From positions 3,904,001-3,968,000 of the forward strand of contig OZ257156.1 of NCBI GenBank assembly GCA_965279375.1: a stretch of DNA of 64,000 nucleotides, read 5' to 3'. Below are positions 45,179 through 55,534 of this stretch, piece by piece; the first letter of the stretch is position 1; each line of letters starts with the position of its first letter. The stretch is from Gemmatimonas sp. (GTDB taxonomy: Bacteria > Gemmatimonadota > Gemmatimonadetes > Gemmatimonadales > Gemmatimonadaceae). A program made the position numbers and the translations under genes. Below the pieces are notes generated by a model. That model did not search any database, was not told the origin of the DNA, and saw only the letters and a list, made by a program, of their open reading frames with translations.

Positions 45179-46167
45179 GCGAGAAGAGAGCGGACGATGC
45201 GTTCGTAGACGCCGACCGACGCTTCCAGCTCGGCGATGTCGACGTACTCGATGGGTGTGTGTGCGACATGAATGGAGCCCGGCCCGAAGAGCAGCGGAGT
45301 GCCCCAGCGGTCGAGCAACGGGATGTCGCTCGTGTAGGCGACGGGTTCGACCTCAAAGCCGTCGATCACATGAAAATGCTGCGCCGGAATGTGCGAACCC
45401 CACACCAATTCGGCCCGCTTGTCGGCCCACGCCTCGAACGCGGCCTTGACCGGTGCGACATCTCCGACGAGACGGATCATGAGCTCAGCTTCAGCCAAGC
45501 CCGGCACGATGTTGGCCTCGGTACCCGCGCGAAACACGCCGATGTTGTACGTGGTCGCGCCGAGCACGGGGTCGACGGGCAACGAAAGCGTACGCAGTTC
45601 GGGCAGCAGATCGAGCAGCGGTTCGAGTGCGCTGGAACCGAGATGCGCGTATGCGGAATGCGCCTCGCGCCCGCGCACGCGCACGATCAACCGCTGCGCA
45701 CCCTTTCCGCCTGAGGCCAGCTTACTCTCGGTCGGCTCGCCATTCACGAGCCACTTGCTGGTGGCCGGCAGGCGATTGGCCGCGCGGGCACCGGGGGATC
45801 CCTTTTCTTCACCGACCACGAACAGCAGATCGACGCGATCCTCGCCGGCATCCGCCAGCCGCTGCGCCGCGATCATCATCGCCGCCGCGATCCCCTTGGC
45901 GTCGCAGGCGCCACGCCCGTACAAACGATCGCCGTCGAGAGTGGGCGCCACATAGGGCGGGACGGTGTCCAGGTGCGTGGAGAGCGTGACGCCTCCGCCG
46001 CGGCGCGCGGCCCAGACGTTCGATCGTCCGGGCTCCACTTCCTGAAGCGTGACATTCCATCCGCGCGCGACAAGCCAGCGCGCGACGAAATCCACCGCGT
46101 CCCGCTCGCGGCCGGTGGTGGATTCGAGAGACAACAGTTCGGTGGCGAGGGCGACGACGTCAGACAT
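45175..46167 (-). CDS. M20 metallopeptidase (DapE/ArgE-like desuccinylase or deacetylase)
   Basis: HLDTV, GRGACDAKG, GEE, GEPT, AHS, GPG.I..AH; first gene of the DAP operon. Confidence 0.85.
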   Translation of the reverse strand: MSDVVALATELLSLESTTGRERDAVDFVARWLVARGWNVTLQEVEPGRSNVWAARRGGGVTLSTHLDTVPPYVAPTLDGDRLYGRGACDAKGIAAAMMIAAQRLADAGEDRVDLLFVVGEEKGSPGARAANRLPATSKWLVNGEPTESKLASGGKGAQRLIVRVRGREAHSAYAHLGSSALEPLLDLLPELRTLSLPVDPVLGATTYNIGVFRAGTEANIVPGLAEAELMIRLVGDVAPVKAAFEAWADKRAELVWGSHIPAQHFHVIDGFEVEPVAYTSDIPLLDRWGTPLLFGPGSIHVAHTPIEYVDIAELEASVGVYERIVRSLLA

Positions 46168-46228
46168 CCGGCAAAGATAAGGCCCGAATGACGATGGCGC
46201 GCCCCCGCAATGCTACCGAACGCGCCCG

Positions 46229-49200
46229 CTACACAGTGATCGCCAGCCCTCGGTAGATCCGGGCGCGATAGCGGCTGTCCTCAGGCTCCGGCAGAGGCGC
46301 GGTGGCGAGCAACACCGCATGGGCGAATCGCTCCTGTTCCTCCGCCTGCTCCGCCGCATCGCGCGGCTCCTCCGAGCGCACCCGACGCGTGAGATTGATC
46401 TGGTTCACCGGCACGTTGTGCACCAGACGTTCGTTCTCCACGCCGAGCGTGGCCGTGAGGGCATGCAGCGTGGTTTTGACGAAGTTGGCCAAGGCGAACT
46501 CCGCGTGCGTCGGCCGCACCGGCACATCAGGCGAGACGAGCACCAGTCGCACATGGTCCATCAAGGAGACCTTCCGCGCGACACGGAAATGGTGCGTCAG
46601 ATGCGCCTCGACCAAGGCCGCGAATCCTGCCGCATCGAGCGCAGGGACTCCGTCCTCGTGGAGGATATGCGCGGGCAACGGAGTGAACGGCGTGGACACG
46701 ACAGCCGCGGGCGCACCGGCGACGGCGAGCGCCTGATCCATCCCGCCTTCCAGATCGTCGCCCACGACGATGTTCTCGATGCGATTGCTGTTGAGCACAA
46801 TGCGGAGCATCGACTGCACTTCCTTGGCCGCCTCGCTCGTGCGCGTCAGCAGGATGATCCGACCGACATCTCCCTGCTCGAGCGCCAGTCGCGCCGCGCG
46901 CGCCAGATGCGACGTGAGGTACTCGCCGATCAGCCAGATCGTCTGGCCCTTCATTTTGGCCAGACGCTCGGGCTTCGCGCGACCGAACAGTTCGCGCTCG
47001 GTGATGGTGCGTTCCTGATGCAGCCCGCCCGACGGCTGGAAGGTCTCGCCGCTAACGGCGCGGTCGGAGAGGAAAAGCACCGTCGCGAGTGCGACTTCCA
47101 CCTCAGTGGGCATGTTGCGCAGGTGGAGCATGCCGAGCACCCCCTGGCCGATCTTCTTCGCTTCGCCCAGGATCTCGTCACGCGAGAGAAAGGGATCGGG
47201 AGGCACCGGGAGCGCTTCGAGCCACGCGTCCCCAAAGCGCGCGCCGCGATCCGCCTCGCCGAGAAACCGTCCCGCCAGTCGCAAGCGCGCGACGAGGCGC
47301 GTCGCGATGGCGCGATGCATGAGAAAACGCCCTGACGATGCCGCGTCCTCTGTGGCGCGCCCTGCGCGCAACACCTTGTCGCAGAACGCGCGCACCGGTG
47401 CCGGGACGTCGGACGTCGCGGCGAGCACACCAGCGTCGTTGAGAGCCAACTGTTCGAGCAGCGTGCCGACGGCCGCACCCGCGCGCAGCGACTCCACCAC
47501 GGCCGCGTAGAGGCTGTTGAGGCGGCGATTCTCGAGGATGAGTCGCCCACGACGCTCGAACAGTCCCGGTTTGCCGCCGACGCCGCGCAGCCGGTCGCCG
47601 TCGACCGGCCCCGGCGCGATCGCGTTGACCTGAATTTCCGGCCCGACAAAGCGCGCGAGATTTTCCGTCAGCGCGCGCTGCCCCGCCTTGGAGACGGCGT
47701 AGTCCGCTCGATTGGGGTACGGCACGGCAACGTACTTCTCGCCACCGAAGTATGACGACACGTTGAGGATGTACCCGGTCCCCTGCCGCTTCATGATGGG
47801 CACGACCTTCTCGATCAGCGAGTAGTTGGACACGAGGTTGGCGTTGAGCGTCGCGCGCCACGCGTCCACCTCCATGTCCACCACCATCTGCTCCGCACCG
47901 GCCACGCCCGCGTTGTTGACGAGATAGTCGATGCGACCGAACGCACTGATCGTCGCGGCAACGGAGGCCGCCAACGATGCCTCGTCCGACACATCGATGT
48001 CCGGCAAAACGGCCACGCGATCGCGCGCTTCGTAGTAGCCGATGTCCTCCAGCTCGCGCACGATGGAGGCGCGCATCTCCTCCAGCTGATCGGCGCGGCG
48101 CGCCACCAGCATCACGCGCGCGCCGGCGATGGCGAGCAATCGTCCGAGCTGCCCGCCAATCCCCGCCGAGCCTCCGGTGATGAGCGCAACCTTGCCCAAG
48201 TGGAGTCCCATCAGCGACTCCATCCATCCGAAGATGGCACGCCGACTGCCCGTTGCTTCCACGATGGACACGGGCAGATAGAGATTCACCTGCCGAATGC
48301 GCCGGCGCGTGTAGAGCAAACGCGCCGCCTGCCCTGCGGCGAACGGCACATCTTCGGCGTCGCGATTGCCCCACCGAATGACCTGATTGGACCACTCGAC
48401 GAACGACCGACTCCCGGCCTTCTGCTGTTCGCCTGACTCGTCGCGCCACACACGACACAGCTCCTCCGTCGCCGCACGCAACACGTCGCCGTAGTTGTTG
48501 CCGTGTCCATCATCGCCATTGGAGAGAAAGACGACGCGCGGCGCCGTTCGCAGCGTGGCCGTCTCCCACATGCGCGTGAGGGCGCGCGCGAGTGCCATCA
48601 TCCCCACCAACTCGCCATCCACGAAGGTGTCCACATCGCCATCGGAGAGCGCGACGAACGGGCCGCGAAAACGCCAGGCGCCGTATGCCGGAAGGATGAT
48701 CGCGCTGTGCAGCGTCTCGCCCTCCGCGATGAGCTTGTCGAAGAACTCCTGCACCGTCGCCAAACGTGTGCGGTCGAGCAACGAGACGCTGATGCGCTGA
48801 TCGGCCGCGTCGATGCCCAATGCATCCACCGCCGCGCGCACTCCCTCTTCAGATCCCAACGTGAGCCGAACCTGCGCGCCACAGGTCGCCTGCACACGCG
48901 CGACGGCGAGCGCGTCGGTGACCTGATCGCCGGCTGCCACCAGCACGCGCACACCGGTGCCGTCCACGGTGCGCAACTCGGGGCGCGACACCCACGTGCT
49001 GCGCGATTCGGGGCGCACAGTCATACCGTGCGTCACTTCGAAATTGTGGCCGTTGATGGCCGCCGACTCTTCGCTGGCCAGAAACACGATGGTGTTGGCC
49101 ACATCGCTGATCGTTGGAAATCCCTTGCTCGGCGCTGGCTCCGGCGCTGAGGCGTCGCCCAGTGCCGCCGCCGCGGCCCGCGCCGCATCGACTGCGGGAT

Positions 49201-50017
49201 TGCGCGCGAGCGTCATCAAGCCGAGAAAGTCTCCCGCAGTCGTGCCACTCTCCGCCTTGCGCAGCGCGTCCATGGCGGCGAACACGGTACGAATGCGCGG
49301 TGATTCGATGGGGCCCGGGAAGACGGTATTGACGCGAATGCCACGAGCGCCAAGCTCACCCGAGAGCGCGCGCGAGAAAGCGTTGAGCGCGGCCTTGGGG
49401 ACCACGTACGCTGCGCGCCCGTAGTACTGCGTGCGCGAGAAGATCGTGGACACGTTGATGACGGACGCGCCAGCATGCAGATGGGGCGCCACCGCACGCA
49501 CGAGATTCCATGACAAGCCGAGCAGATTGCGCGCCGCCGCACCGACCGTCTCGACCTCGTTGATGCCGCCTGCACGCAACGTCTCGAGATCTTCCGGCAA
49601 CAGCGGCAAGTCCTGCAGGCGACACTTGGGTCCCGCTGTGCCAGCGTTGTTCACGAGGACGTCGATCTTGCCGACCTTTTTCATCAAGTCAGCGACGGCC
49701 ACGCGCACCTGCCCCGGTTCGGATGCATCCATGGGCAGCGTGATGATGCGCGACGCGGCGGCATGCGTGGACTCGCGCAGCGCGGTCTTCGCGCTTTCGA
49801 GCTTCTTGCGATCGCGACCGGACATCACCACCGTGGCGCCTTCCATCAGGAATCGACGCGTGACCTCGGTACCGATGTTACCGGCAGCGCCGGTGATCAG
49901 CGCCACCTTGCCGGCGAGGCGACCGCGCGCCGCGCGACGTCGCTCCTTGGGCGCCCCCCCCTCGACGTGTTCTTCGGTGCGCGCGTCGTGCGTCGTCTCG
50001 CGAGTGGTGTCGCTCAT
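46229..50017 (-). CDS. mcr: Bifunctional malonyl-CoA reductase (3-hydroxypropionate-forming, Chloroflexus type)
   Basis: About 1262 aa; SDR 1 GRLAGKVALITGAAGNIG with YVVPK; SDR 2 LHLGKVALITGGSAGIG with YPNRADYAVSK; ends RIYRGLAITV, matching the recalled Chloroflexus Mcr architecture. Confidence 0.92.
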   Translation of the reverse strand: MSDTTRETTHDARTEEHVEGGAPKERRRAARGRLAGKVALITGAAGNIGTEVTRRFLMEGATVVMSGRDRKKLESAKTALRESTHAAASRIITLPMDASEPGQVRVAVADLMKKVGKIDVLVNNAGTAGPKCRLQDLPLLPEDLETLRAGGINEVETVGAAARNLLGLSWNLVRAVAPHLHAGASVINVSTIFSRTQYYGRAAYVVPKAALNAFSRALSGELGARGIRVNTVFPGPIESPRIRTVFAAMDALRKAESGTTAGDFLGLMTLARNPAVDAARAAAAALGDASAPEPAPSKGFPTISDVANTIVFLASEESAAINGHNFEVTHGMTVRPESRSTWVSRPELRTVDGTGVRVLVAAGDQVTDALAVARVQATCGAQVRLTLGSEEGVRAAVDALGIDAADQRISVSLLDRTRLATVQEFFDKLIAEGETLHSAIILPAYGAWRFRGPFVALSDGDVDTFVDGELVGMMALARALTRMWETATLRTAPRVVFLSNGDDGHGNNYGDVLRAATEELCRVWRDESGEQQKAGSRSFVEWSNQVIRWGNRDAEDVPFAAGQAARLLYTRRRIRQVNLYLPVSIVEATGSRRAIFGWMESLMGLHLGKVALITGGSAGIGGQLGRLLAIAGARVMLVARRADQLEEMRASIVRELEDIGYYEARDRVAVLPDIDVSDEASLAASVAATISAFGRIDYLVNNAGVAGAEQMVVDMEVDAWRATLNANLVSNYSLIEKVVPIMKRQGTGYILNVSSYFGGEKYVAVPYPNRADYAVSKAGQRALTENLARFVGPEIQVNAIAPGPVDGDRLRGVGGKPGLFERRGRLILENRRLNSLYAAVVESLRAGAAVGTLLEQLALNDAGVLAATSDVPAPVRAFCDKVLRAGRATEDAASSGRFLMHRAIATRLVARLRLAGRFLGEADRGARFGDAWLEALPVPPDPFLSRDEILGEAKKIGQGVLGMLHLRNMPTEVEVALATVLFLSDRAVSGETFQPSGGLHQERTITERELFGRAKPERLAKMKGQTIWLIGEYLTSHLARAARLALEQGDVGRIILLTRTSEAAKEVQSMLRIVLNSNRIENIVVGDDLEGGMDQALAVAGAPAAVVSTPFTPLPAHILHEDGVPALDAAGFAALVEAHLTHHFRVARKVSLMDHVRLVLVSPDVPVRPTHAEFALANFVKTTLHALTATLGVENERLVHNVPVNQINLTRRVRSEEPRDAAEQAEEQERFAHAVLLATAPLPEPEDSRYRARIYRGLAITV

Positions 50018-53000
50018 GACTGAATCTCCGGCACATTTCCCATTGCGGCCCACGCTTCGTAGAGTTGAACCGCTGAGCGCAGCCCAAGCGTGGGAAGCGC
50101 GTGATTGACGACGTATGTAGCCCCGGCGTGGCGATTGTCCCACATCGCCTGATGCGCCTCGGGAAGATCCGACCACGGCACAACGGTGGGCGTTGTCACT
50201 TCGAGCAGCCCGGCATCCACCATCTCGTTCATGCGCGTGACTTCGTACGCATTGCACAAGTGTGTACCCAGAATGCGCGCGGTCGGCATCAGAATGCGCC
50301 GCTGTCGCGTCCACACCTGCGGCGCGTAGAAGCTGTAGCGATGTCCGCGCATCGACTCGAAGTACACCACACGTCCCGTGAACGGCTGCACGAGTGAGGT
50401 GGAGACGGCCAGTGCATCGTGTCGCGCGCGTTCGATGATGAGGTCCGGCGCGCCGCGTGGGTTGTCCGCTGAACGCAGAATGCGTCCAACAGCACTGCCG
50501 AACGGCTTGATCGTCTTCTCCTGGAACGCACGCACCGCTTCGCGGAACGCCGCCGAATCGCGTCGCACATCGGGAAGCGATGGCATCGTGTCGGGCCACT
50601 CGAACTCGCCGCCGCTGCGCCGCAACAGCTCCTCGATGCTCAGCACGCCGCGCACGGCATCGCCGAACCCCAACGACTGTACGAACTCGCGCTGTGCATC
50701 CGTTCGCGCCGCCACACAACAGCGCGCGCCGCGCGCCGAGGCCGCCTCGATCGCTTCGAGACCGGCATCGTCCACCAAGTCGCCTGCGCCGTGTCCAGCG
50801 CCGTAGAACAAGAGCACCGCTTCGCCACTCCGCAATTCCGCGCGGCGAAGCATCTCCGACGGAGCAACCGCGCCAGCCTTGCCGGCAAAGGTGAAGTGGT
50901 ATCCCGACGACGCGCCGTAAAACGTCAGTGCGCCACCATCGGCCAACAGTTGGAACGACCGCGGAAATGCCAGCTCGCCAGCGTGCGACACGACGTAGTC
51001 CGCGAGCCGACCTTGATGCTGCGCGCGGAACGCATCGAGCAACGGCTCACCCTGCGCTTCCCAATTGGCAATCGCCTCTGCGCCGTCAGGCACCGTCGTG
51101 AAGCAATCGCGGATGGATGCGTCGCGACGATTGATCGCCCCACGCGCGCCGTGCTGACGCACCACGTCTGCGCGCTCCTCCGACGAAACCATTCCGGTCA
51201 CTTCACACCCGTGACGAGCGGCGCTCTTGAGCGCTTCGAGACCTGTTCCGGTCGCCGCGCCCTCAACGAACATCGTTCGTCCGGACTCGAGCTTGAGCGT
51301 GGTGAACAGCGCGCGCACGATCGTGCCCAAATTCAGGATGTATGACCCTGCCGACTCCAGCGTCAGATCCTGTGGCACCGGATGCAACTGCGGAGCCTGC
51401 ACGGCCACAAACTGCTGATGACTGCCGGTGCGCGACTCGTAGCCTTGAATGCGGAAGTCGGCCGACATCGGATCGCGTGCGGCAAAGGGCGACAGCAGCT
51501 CGCTCTGCCCAGAGTAGATCGCCACGAGGTCGCCGACACGCAGTCGCCCTTCCGACTTGGCCTCACTGCCCAACGACGCGACGAGACCAATCCCGCCCGA
51601 ACCGGTTACCTGCCAATCCTGATCGTGGTTGTCGAATGGCGACACGGGGATGCCCGTGATCGCCCAGATGTCGTTGAAGTTCACTTCGGACGCCAGCACG
51701 TAGACGAGCGCCTCGTTGGGCCCCACCTCATCCACTGGCACGATCAACTCGCGCTCGGCGACGCGCGGCTCGCCATGCATCGGCGCGCCCGTCTCCGCGT
51801 CACGCGCCACGCCTTGTCCAAACTGAAAGCGCGGAATCGGTGTGAACCCCGGAAAGAACGGCGCTCCGACCGGAAGCAAGTCGCCGCTAGCCATCAGCTC
51901 AGCGCGACGCGCCGCATCGAAAGGTTCACGCCGCCGGGTGGCGAGTGGTGCGCTGCGTCGATCGAAGAACGCCTTGATGCCGCGCTTCCCGCCATCCGGA
52001 TCGATCACCGCCTCGGCGAACAGGCGCGCTTCACGAGCGAGCCCTGCGTCCAAACCCTGGCTCCAGCCTGTTCGTACCGCATCCAACACACGCGACGCTG
52101 CCGCTCTGCGCCCTGCGCCCGCCGCTTGCATGAGCAGACGCTGCACGGGCGCGAGCGAGAGCATCGACTCGACATCGATGTGTCCCGGACGTTCCCACGC
52201 CGCGCGACGTTCCCGCACCAGCCTGAAATGTCGCGCGAGCTCGCTGTGATCGTCCTGCACAAACGCGCGCGCCAGCGCCGATGCACGTGAGACGACGTCG
52301 TCGCTGCCGCTGACCAACGCGTCCACAATGCCCAGTGCGAGCGCGTCCTCAGCCGCTACCTGCCGACCGCCGAGGATGACTTCCATGGCGGCGATGAACC
52401 CTTCGTTGCCGTCGCGATCAGCGAGCAGGCGCGTGAGGCGCTGAGTGCCGCCGTACCCCGGCAACAGATTGAGACGGATCTCCGGCTGCCCGAAGACCGC
52501 CGTTGGCTCGGCGATGCGATAGTGGCAGGCGAGGGCGAACTCGAGCCCTCCGCCCAGCGCGACGCCATTGATTGCCGAGATACAAGGCTTGGGCATCCGC
52601 TCGATCATGCGAAACGCGAGGTGCGCTACGTTGGGCAGCGGCATCGCGTCTTCGAGCGTGTGCATCTCGTCGAGCAGCTGACGGATGTCCGCACCGGCCA
52701 CGAACGACGACGTGCCACTGCCAGTGAAGATCACCGCGCGGACGTCGTCCTGTCGCGAGAGATGCTCCACCACGGTGCACAGCTCGTCGAGTGCGCGCTC
52801 GTTCAGCGCGTTGACCGGCGCATTGGTGACCGTAACGACAGCGATGCGCGCGCCGACGTGCACCGTGTGGTAGTGCACACGGAAGTAGCGCCAGAACGAC
52901 AGGATCTGTTGCGCTTCGCCGATGCGCTGCAGTGCGCGCCACGCGTCGATGACCTTCTGCAGTGCGGGAATCGACTCGGGATTGCGGAGCGTTGAGACGT

Positions 53001-55473
53001 CGCCGAGTGGCTGCTGTTCCACCAGCGCGCGCACCATGCGGCGCACGTACTTGCCGCTGCGCGTCTCGGGAAACTGTGGGACTTCGAGGAACTCTTCGGG
53101 CACCGCGACCGCACCCTTCTCCTGACGGACGAGTTCCGTCAGGCGACGGCGATCATCCATCGTGATGCGCCGCCCGGGAGCCGGCGTCACGAACGCGAGC
53201 GGCGTCAGTCCCTTCTCGCGGTGCGGTGCGCCAATGACGATGACGTTGCCAACAGGAGAGTCGGGGTTGATCTGCTTGTCACGCAGGATCGCGCCTTCGA
53301 TCTCCTCTGTCCCCATGCGATGCCCGGAGACGTTGATGACATCATCGCTCCGCCCGTGCAGCGAGAAGCTGCCATCGGCATGGCGAATGGCCACATCGCC
53401 CTGGGTGTAGGCGTACGTGCCGCGCCAACGTGTCCAGTACGTGGACGCGTAGCGCGCGAAGTCGCCGCGCCAGTTGCCCGGAACCGTCGTGCCGTCGACG
53501 ACGAACGCTGCGGCGTCTCCCCAGATGGTGCGCGCGAGATACGGATACGGCGCCGCGATGACGATGTCACCCCTTTCTCCATCGGCCGCGGAACGCCACG
53601 GCAATCGTCCGTCGGCATCCGGCTCACCGTCGGCGACCCACACGTCCCCTGCAATCCAGGGTAAGGGATACGTATGTGCGTCCGGGCGCAGCGGGAAATC
53701 TTCGCTCCCGTAGAAGTGCGTCCAGACAATGCCGCCGTGCTCCGTGGCCCAGTACGAATTGATGTACTGCGGCGTCATGAGTCCCATCCCGAATTCCTGA
53801 ACCGTTGGCGACACCGGTTCAGCGCAGAAGGTGGCCACGCGCAACGACGACAGATCGTACCGCCGCACGTCCTCTGCATTCTGCGGATCGGACATCACGG
53901 CCTTGAGGAACGTGACGCCCGCCTTGAAGATCGTCACGCCGTACCGTTCGATGATCGACGCGAATCGGCCAGCGCTCGGGAATACCGGCGCGCCTTCGGC
54001 CAGCACCGATGTCACGCGTGTCGTGAGTGCGGCGCTGAGCATGTAGCTCTGTCCCGTGATCCACCCCGGATCGGCCACCACGTACAGCACGTCGCCCGGA
54101 CGCGCGTCGAACGAGACACGCATCGTGTTGGCGATGCCTGCGACGAACCCGCCATGCACGTGCACGACGCCCTTGGGCTTGCCCGTGGAGCCCGAGGTGT
54201 AAATGAAGAACAGCGGGAACTCTGCGTCGACCGCAACCGGTGGCACCACCGTCCAAATGGCGCGCACACATGCAACGTCGTCCAAGGCACGGAGCGCATC
54301 GATCGACGACACCGCTTCGCCCGCCGCCTGCATGCCCGCGAGCAGTTCCGCATCGGCGTCGGCGAGCAGCTCATGCGCCCACACGTCGCGTTCTGCGCGC
54401 CATGGCACGTCCGCTTGCCCGGTGTGACGCACCACCACGACACGTTCCACACGACTCTGCACCGCCACGAGCGCACGGGCGACAGTGGTGCGCGCGCGAC
54501 TCGCCGTGGCAGCATCGAGCGAACCGGATTCGCTGAGAGCGGCCAAGGCGCGGCCGATGCCACGCATCACGTCGCTGCGTTCGACGGTGATCTCACCCTT
54601 GATGGCTCGCTCCGCCTCGTCGATCAGGCGTTCCGCCACTGCCGACGTCACATCCAACCCGGCAACGGCGTCCGCAACCGTTGCGAGCGCCTGCTCCACG
54701 GCGATGTAGCGATCGAGCGCAGGATCGGTGTACGCGGCCTTGAACGGGATGACCTGCGCGTTGCGGTAGCCACCGTCTGCGGTAATGACGACGCGCGCGC
54801 CTGCGTCGTACACGCGATCGGCGAGGGTCTTGTCGGAGAATCCGCCGAAGACCGGCGTGTAGACGATGCCAAGGCGCTTGGCCGCTTCCGTCCACGCCAC
54901 CTGCTCCGGAATATTGGGCAAGTTGAGCGCGATGCGGTCGCCGGTGCGCAGTCCGAGGCGTCGCAGCGCGACGGCACAGCGCGCCACGTCGACGAGCAGC
55001 GCCTTGCGACTGATCGGATACGCCGACACCGGACCGCCGCGTCCGCCATCGCGCGACTGATCCCACCGGTCACCCTCTACGAGGAACGCTGTCTCGTCGC
55101 CGTGCCCGGCAAGCACATGGCGATCGACCTCGTTGAAGCACGCGTTCGTTCGCGCGCCCGAGAACCAGCGGTAGAACGGGGCGTCATCGTCATCGAAGGC
55201 ACGCGCCCACGGTCGATACGAGGCTGGATGCACGCCGGCCCGCGCCGCGCCGGAGGTCGCATCAAATCCTGTCCACGCCGAATCGTCGAGCGTCAGCCAA
55301 GCGTTCGTGGAGACATCAAACCAGTGCAACTCACGTGCGGCAATGTCGCCGTGAAACGCGCCCGGATCCGCGACGGCGCGATCGCGCATCGCCAACCAGT
55401 CCTGGCGCGTACGCACGGGATTGACCAGCGGTTCTCGTGCTGCCGTCGGCGATGGGACGGACGTGTGGGTCAT
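50014..55473 (-). CDS. pcs: Trifunctional propionyl-CoA synthase (acyl-CoA ligase, enoyl-CoA hydratase, enoyl-CoA reductase)
   Basis: About 1819 aa; ligase YTSGSTGKPKG, YWATEHGG, GRSDD, TRSGK; crotonase FVAGAD, GGGLE, PE...LLPGYGGTQ; MDR reductase SEVNFND, EGAATGTG, GTHL. Confidence 0.93.
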   Translation of the reverse strand: MTHTSVPSPTAAREPLVNPVRTRQDWLAMRDRAVADPGAFHGDIAARELHWFDVSTNAWLTLDDSAWTGFDATSGAARAGVHPASYRPWARAFDDDDAPFYRWFSGARTNACFNEVDRHVLAGHGDETAFLVEGDRWDQSRDGGRGGPVSAYPISRKALLVDVARCAVALRRLGLRTGDRIALNLPNIPEQVAWTEAAKRLGIVYTPVFGGFSDKTLADRVYDAGARVVITADGGYRNAQVIPFKAAYTDPALDRYIAVEQALATVADAVAGLDVTSAVAERLIDEAERAIKGEITVERSDVMRGIGRALAALSESGSLDAATASRARTTVARALVAVQSRVERVVVVRHTGQADVPWRAERDVWAHELLADADAELLAGMQAAGEAVSSIDALRALDDVACVRAIWTVVPPVAVDAEFPLFFIYTSGSTGKPKGVVHVHGGFVAGIANTMRVSFDARPGDVLYVVADPGWITGQSYMLSAALTTRVTSVLAEGAPVFPSAGRFASIIERYGVTIFKAGVTFLKAVMSDPQNAEDVRRYDLSSLRVATFCAEPVSPTVQEFGMGLMTPQYINSYWATEHGGIVWTHFYGSEDFPLRPDAHTYPLPWIAGDVWVADGEPDADGRLPWRSAADGERGDIVIAAPYPYLARTIWGDAAAFVVDGTTVPGNWRGDFARYASTYWTRWRGTYAYTQGDVAIRHADGSFSLHGRSDDVINVSGHRMGTEEIEGAILRDKQINPDSPVGNVIVIGAPHREKGLTPLAFVTPAPGRRITMDDRRRLTELVRQEKGAVAVPEEFLEVPQFPETRSGKYVRRMVRALVEQQPLGDVSTLRNPESIPALQKVIDAWRALQRIGEAQQILSFWRYFRVHYHTVHVGARIAVVTVTNAPVNALNERALDELCTVVEHLSRQDDVRAVIFTGSGTSSFVAGADIRQLLDEMHTLEDAMPLPNVAHLAFRMIERMPKPCISAINGVALGGGLEFALACHYRIAEPTAVFGQPEIRLNLLPGYGGTQRLTRLLADRDGNEGFIAAMEVILGGRQVAAEDALALGIVDALVSGSDDVVSRASALARAFVQDDHSELARHFRLVRERRAAWERPGHIDVESMLSLAPVQRLLMQAAGAGRRAAASRVLDAVRTGWSQGLDAGLAREARLFAEAVIDPDGGKRGIKAFFDRRSAPLATRRREPFDAARRAELMASGDLLPVGAPFFPGFTPIPRFQFGQGVARDAETGAPMHGEPRVAERELIVPVDEVGPNEALVYVLASEVNFNDIWAITGIPVSPFDNHDQDWQVTGSGGIGLVASLGSEAKSEGRLRVGDLVAIYSGQSELLSPFAARDPMSADFRIQGYESRTGSHQQFVAVQAPQLHPVPQDLTLESAGSYILNLGTIVRALFTTLKLESGRTMFVEGAATGTGLEALKSAARHGCEVTGMVSSEERADVVRQHGARGAINRRDASIRDCFTTVPDGAEAIANWEAQGEPLLDAFRAQHQGRLADYVVSHAGELAFPRSFQLLADGGALTFYGASSGYHFTFAGKAGAVAPSEMLRRAELRSGEAVLLFYGAGHGAGDLVDDAGLEAIEAASARGARCCVAARTDAQREFVQSLGFGDAVRGVLSIEELLRRSGGEFEWPDTMPSLPDVRRDSAAFREAVRAFQEKTIKPFGSAVGRILRSADNPRGAPDLIIERARHDALAVSTSLVQPFTGRVVYFESMRGHRYSFYAPQVWTRQRRILMPTARILGTHLCNAYEVTRMNEMVDAGLLEVTTPTVVPWSDLPEAHQAMWDNRHAGATYVVNHALPTLGLRSAVQLYEAWAAMGNVPEIQS

Positions 55474-55505
55474 GAACGATTCTCGTGTACACAAGGACCG
55501 CCACG

Positions 55506-55534
55506 ACTATCACCCCGACAGTCAATTCTGTCAG
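55506..55534 (-). promoter_or_regulatory. Possible pcs-mcr promoter with overlapping inverted repeat
   Basis: Minus strand CTGACA-N17-GATAGT; GACAG-N6-CTGTC at 55517-55532. Confidence 0.35.

Noticed and set aside
50018..50719. N-terminal extension making Mcr 1496 aa
   Set aside because: It overlaps the pcs 3' end in another frame; the ATGA-coupled start at 50017 fits better
46229..55473. Claim of complete 3-HP bi-cycle autotrophy
   Set aside because: mcl, mch, mct, meh, smtAB and the mutase are not in this window, so it cannot be concluded here
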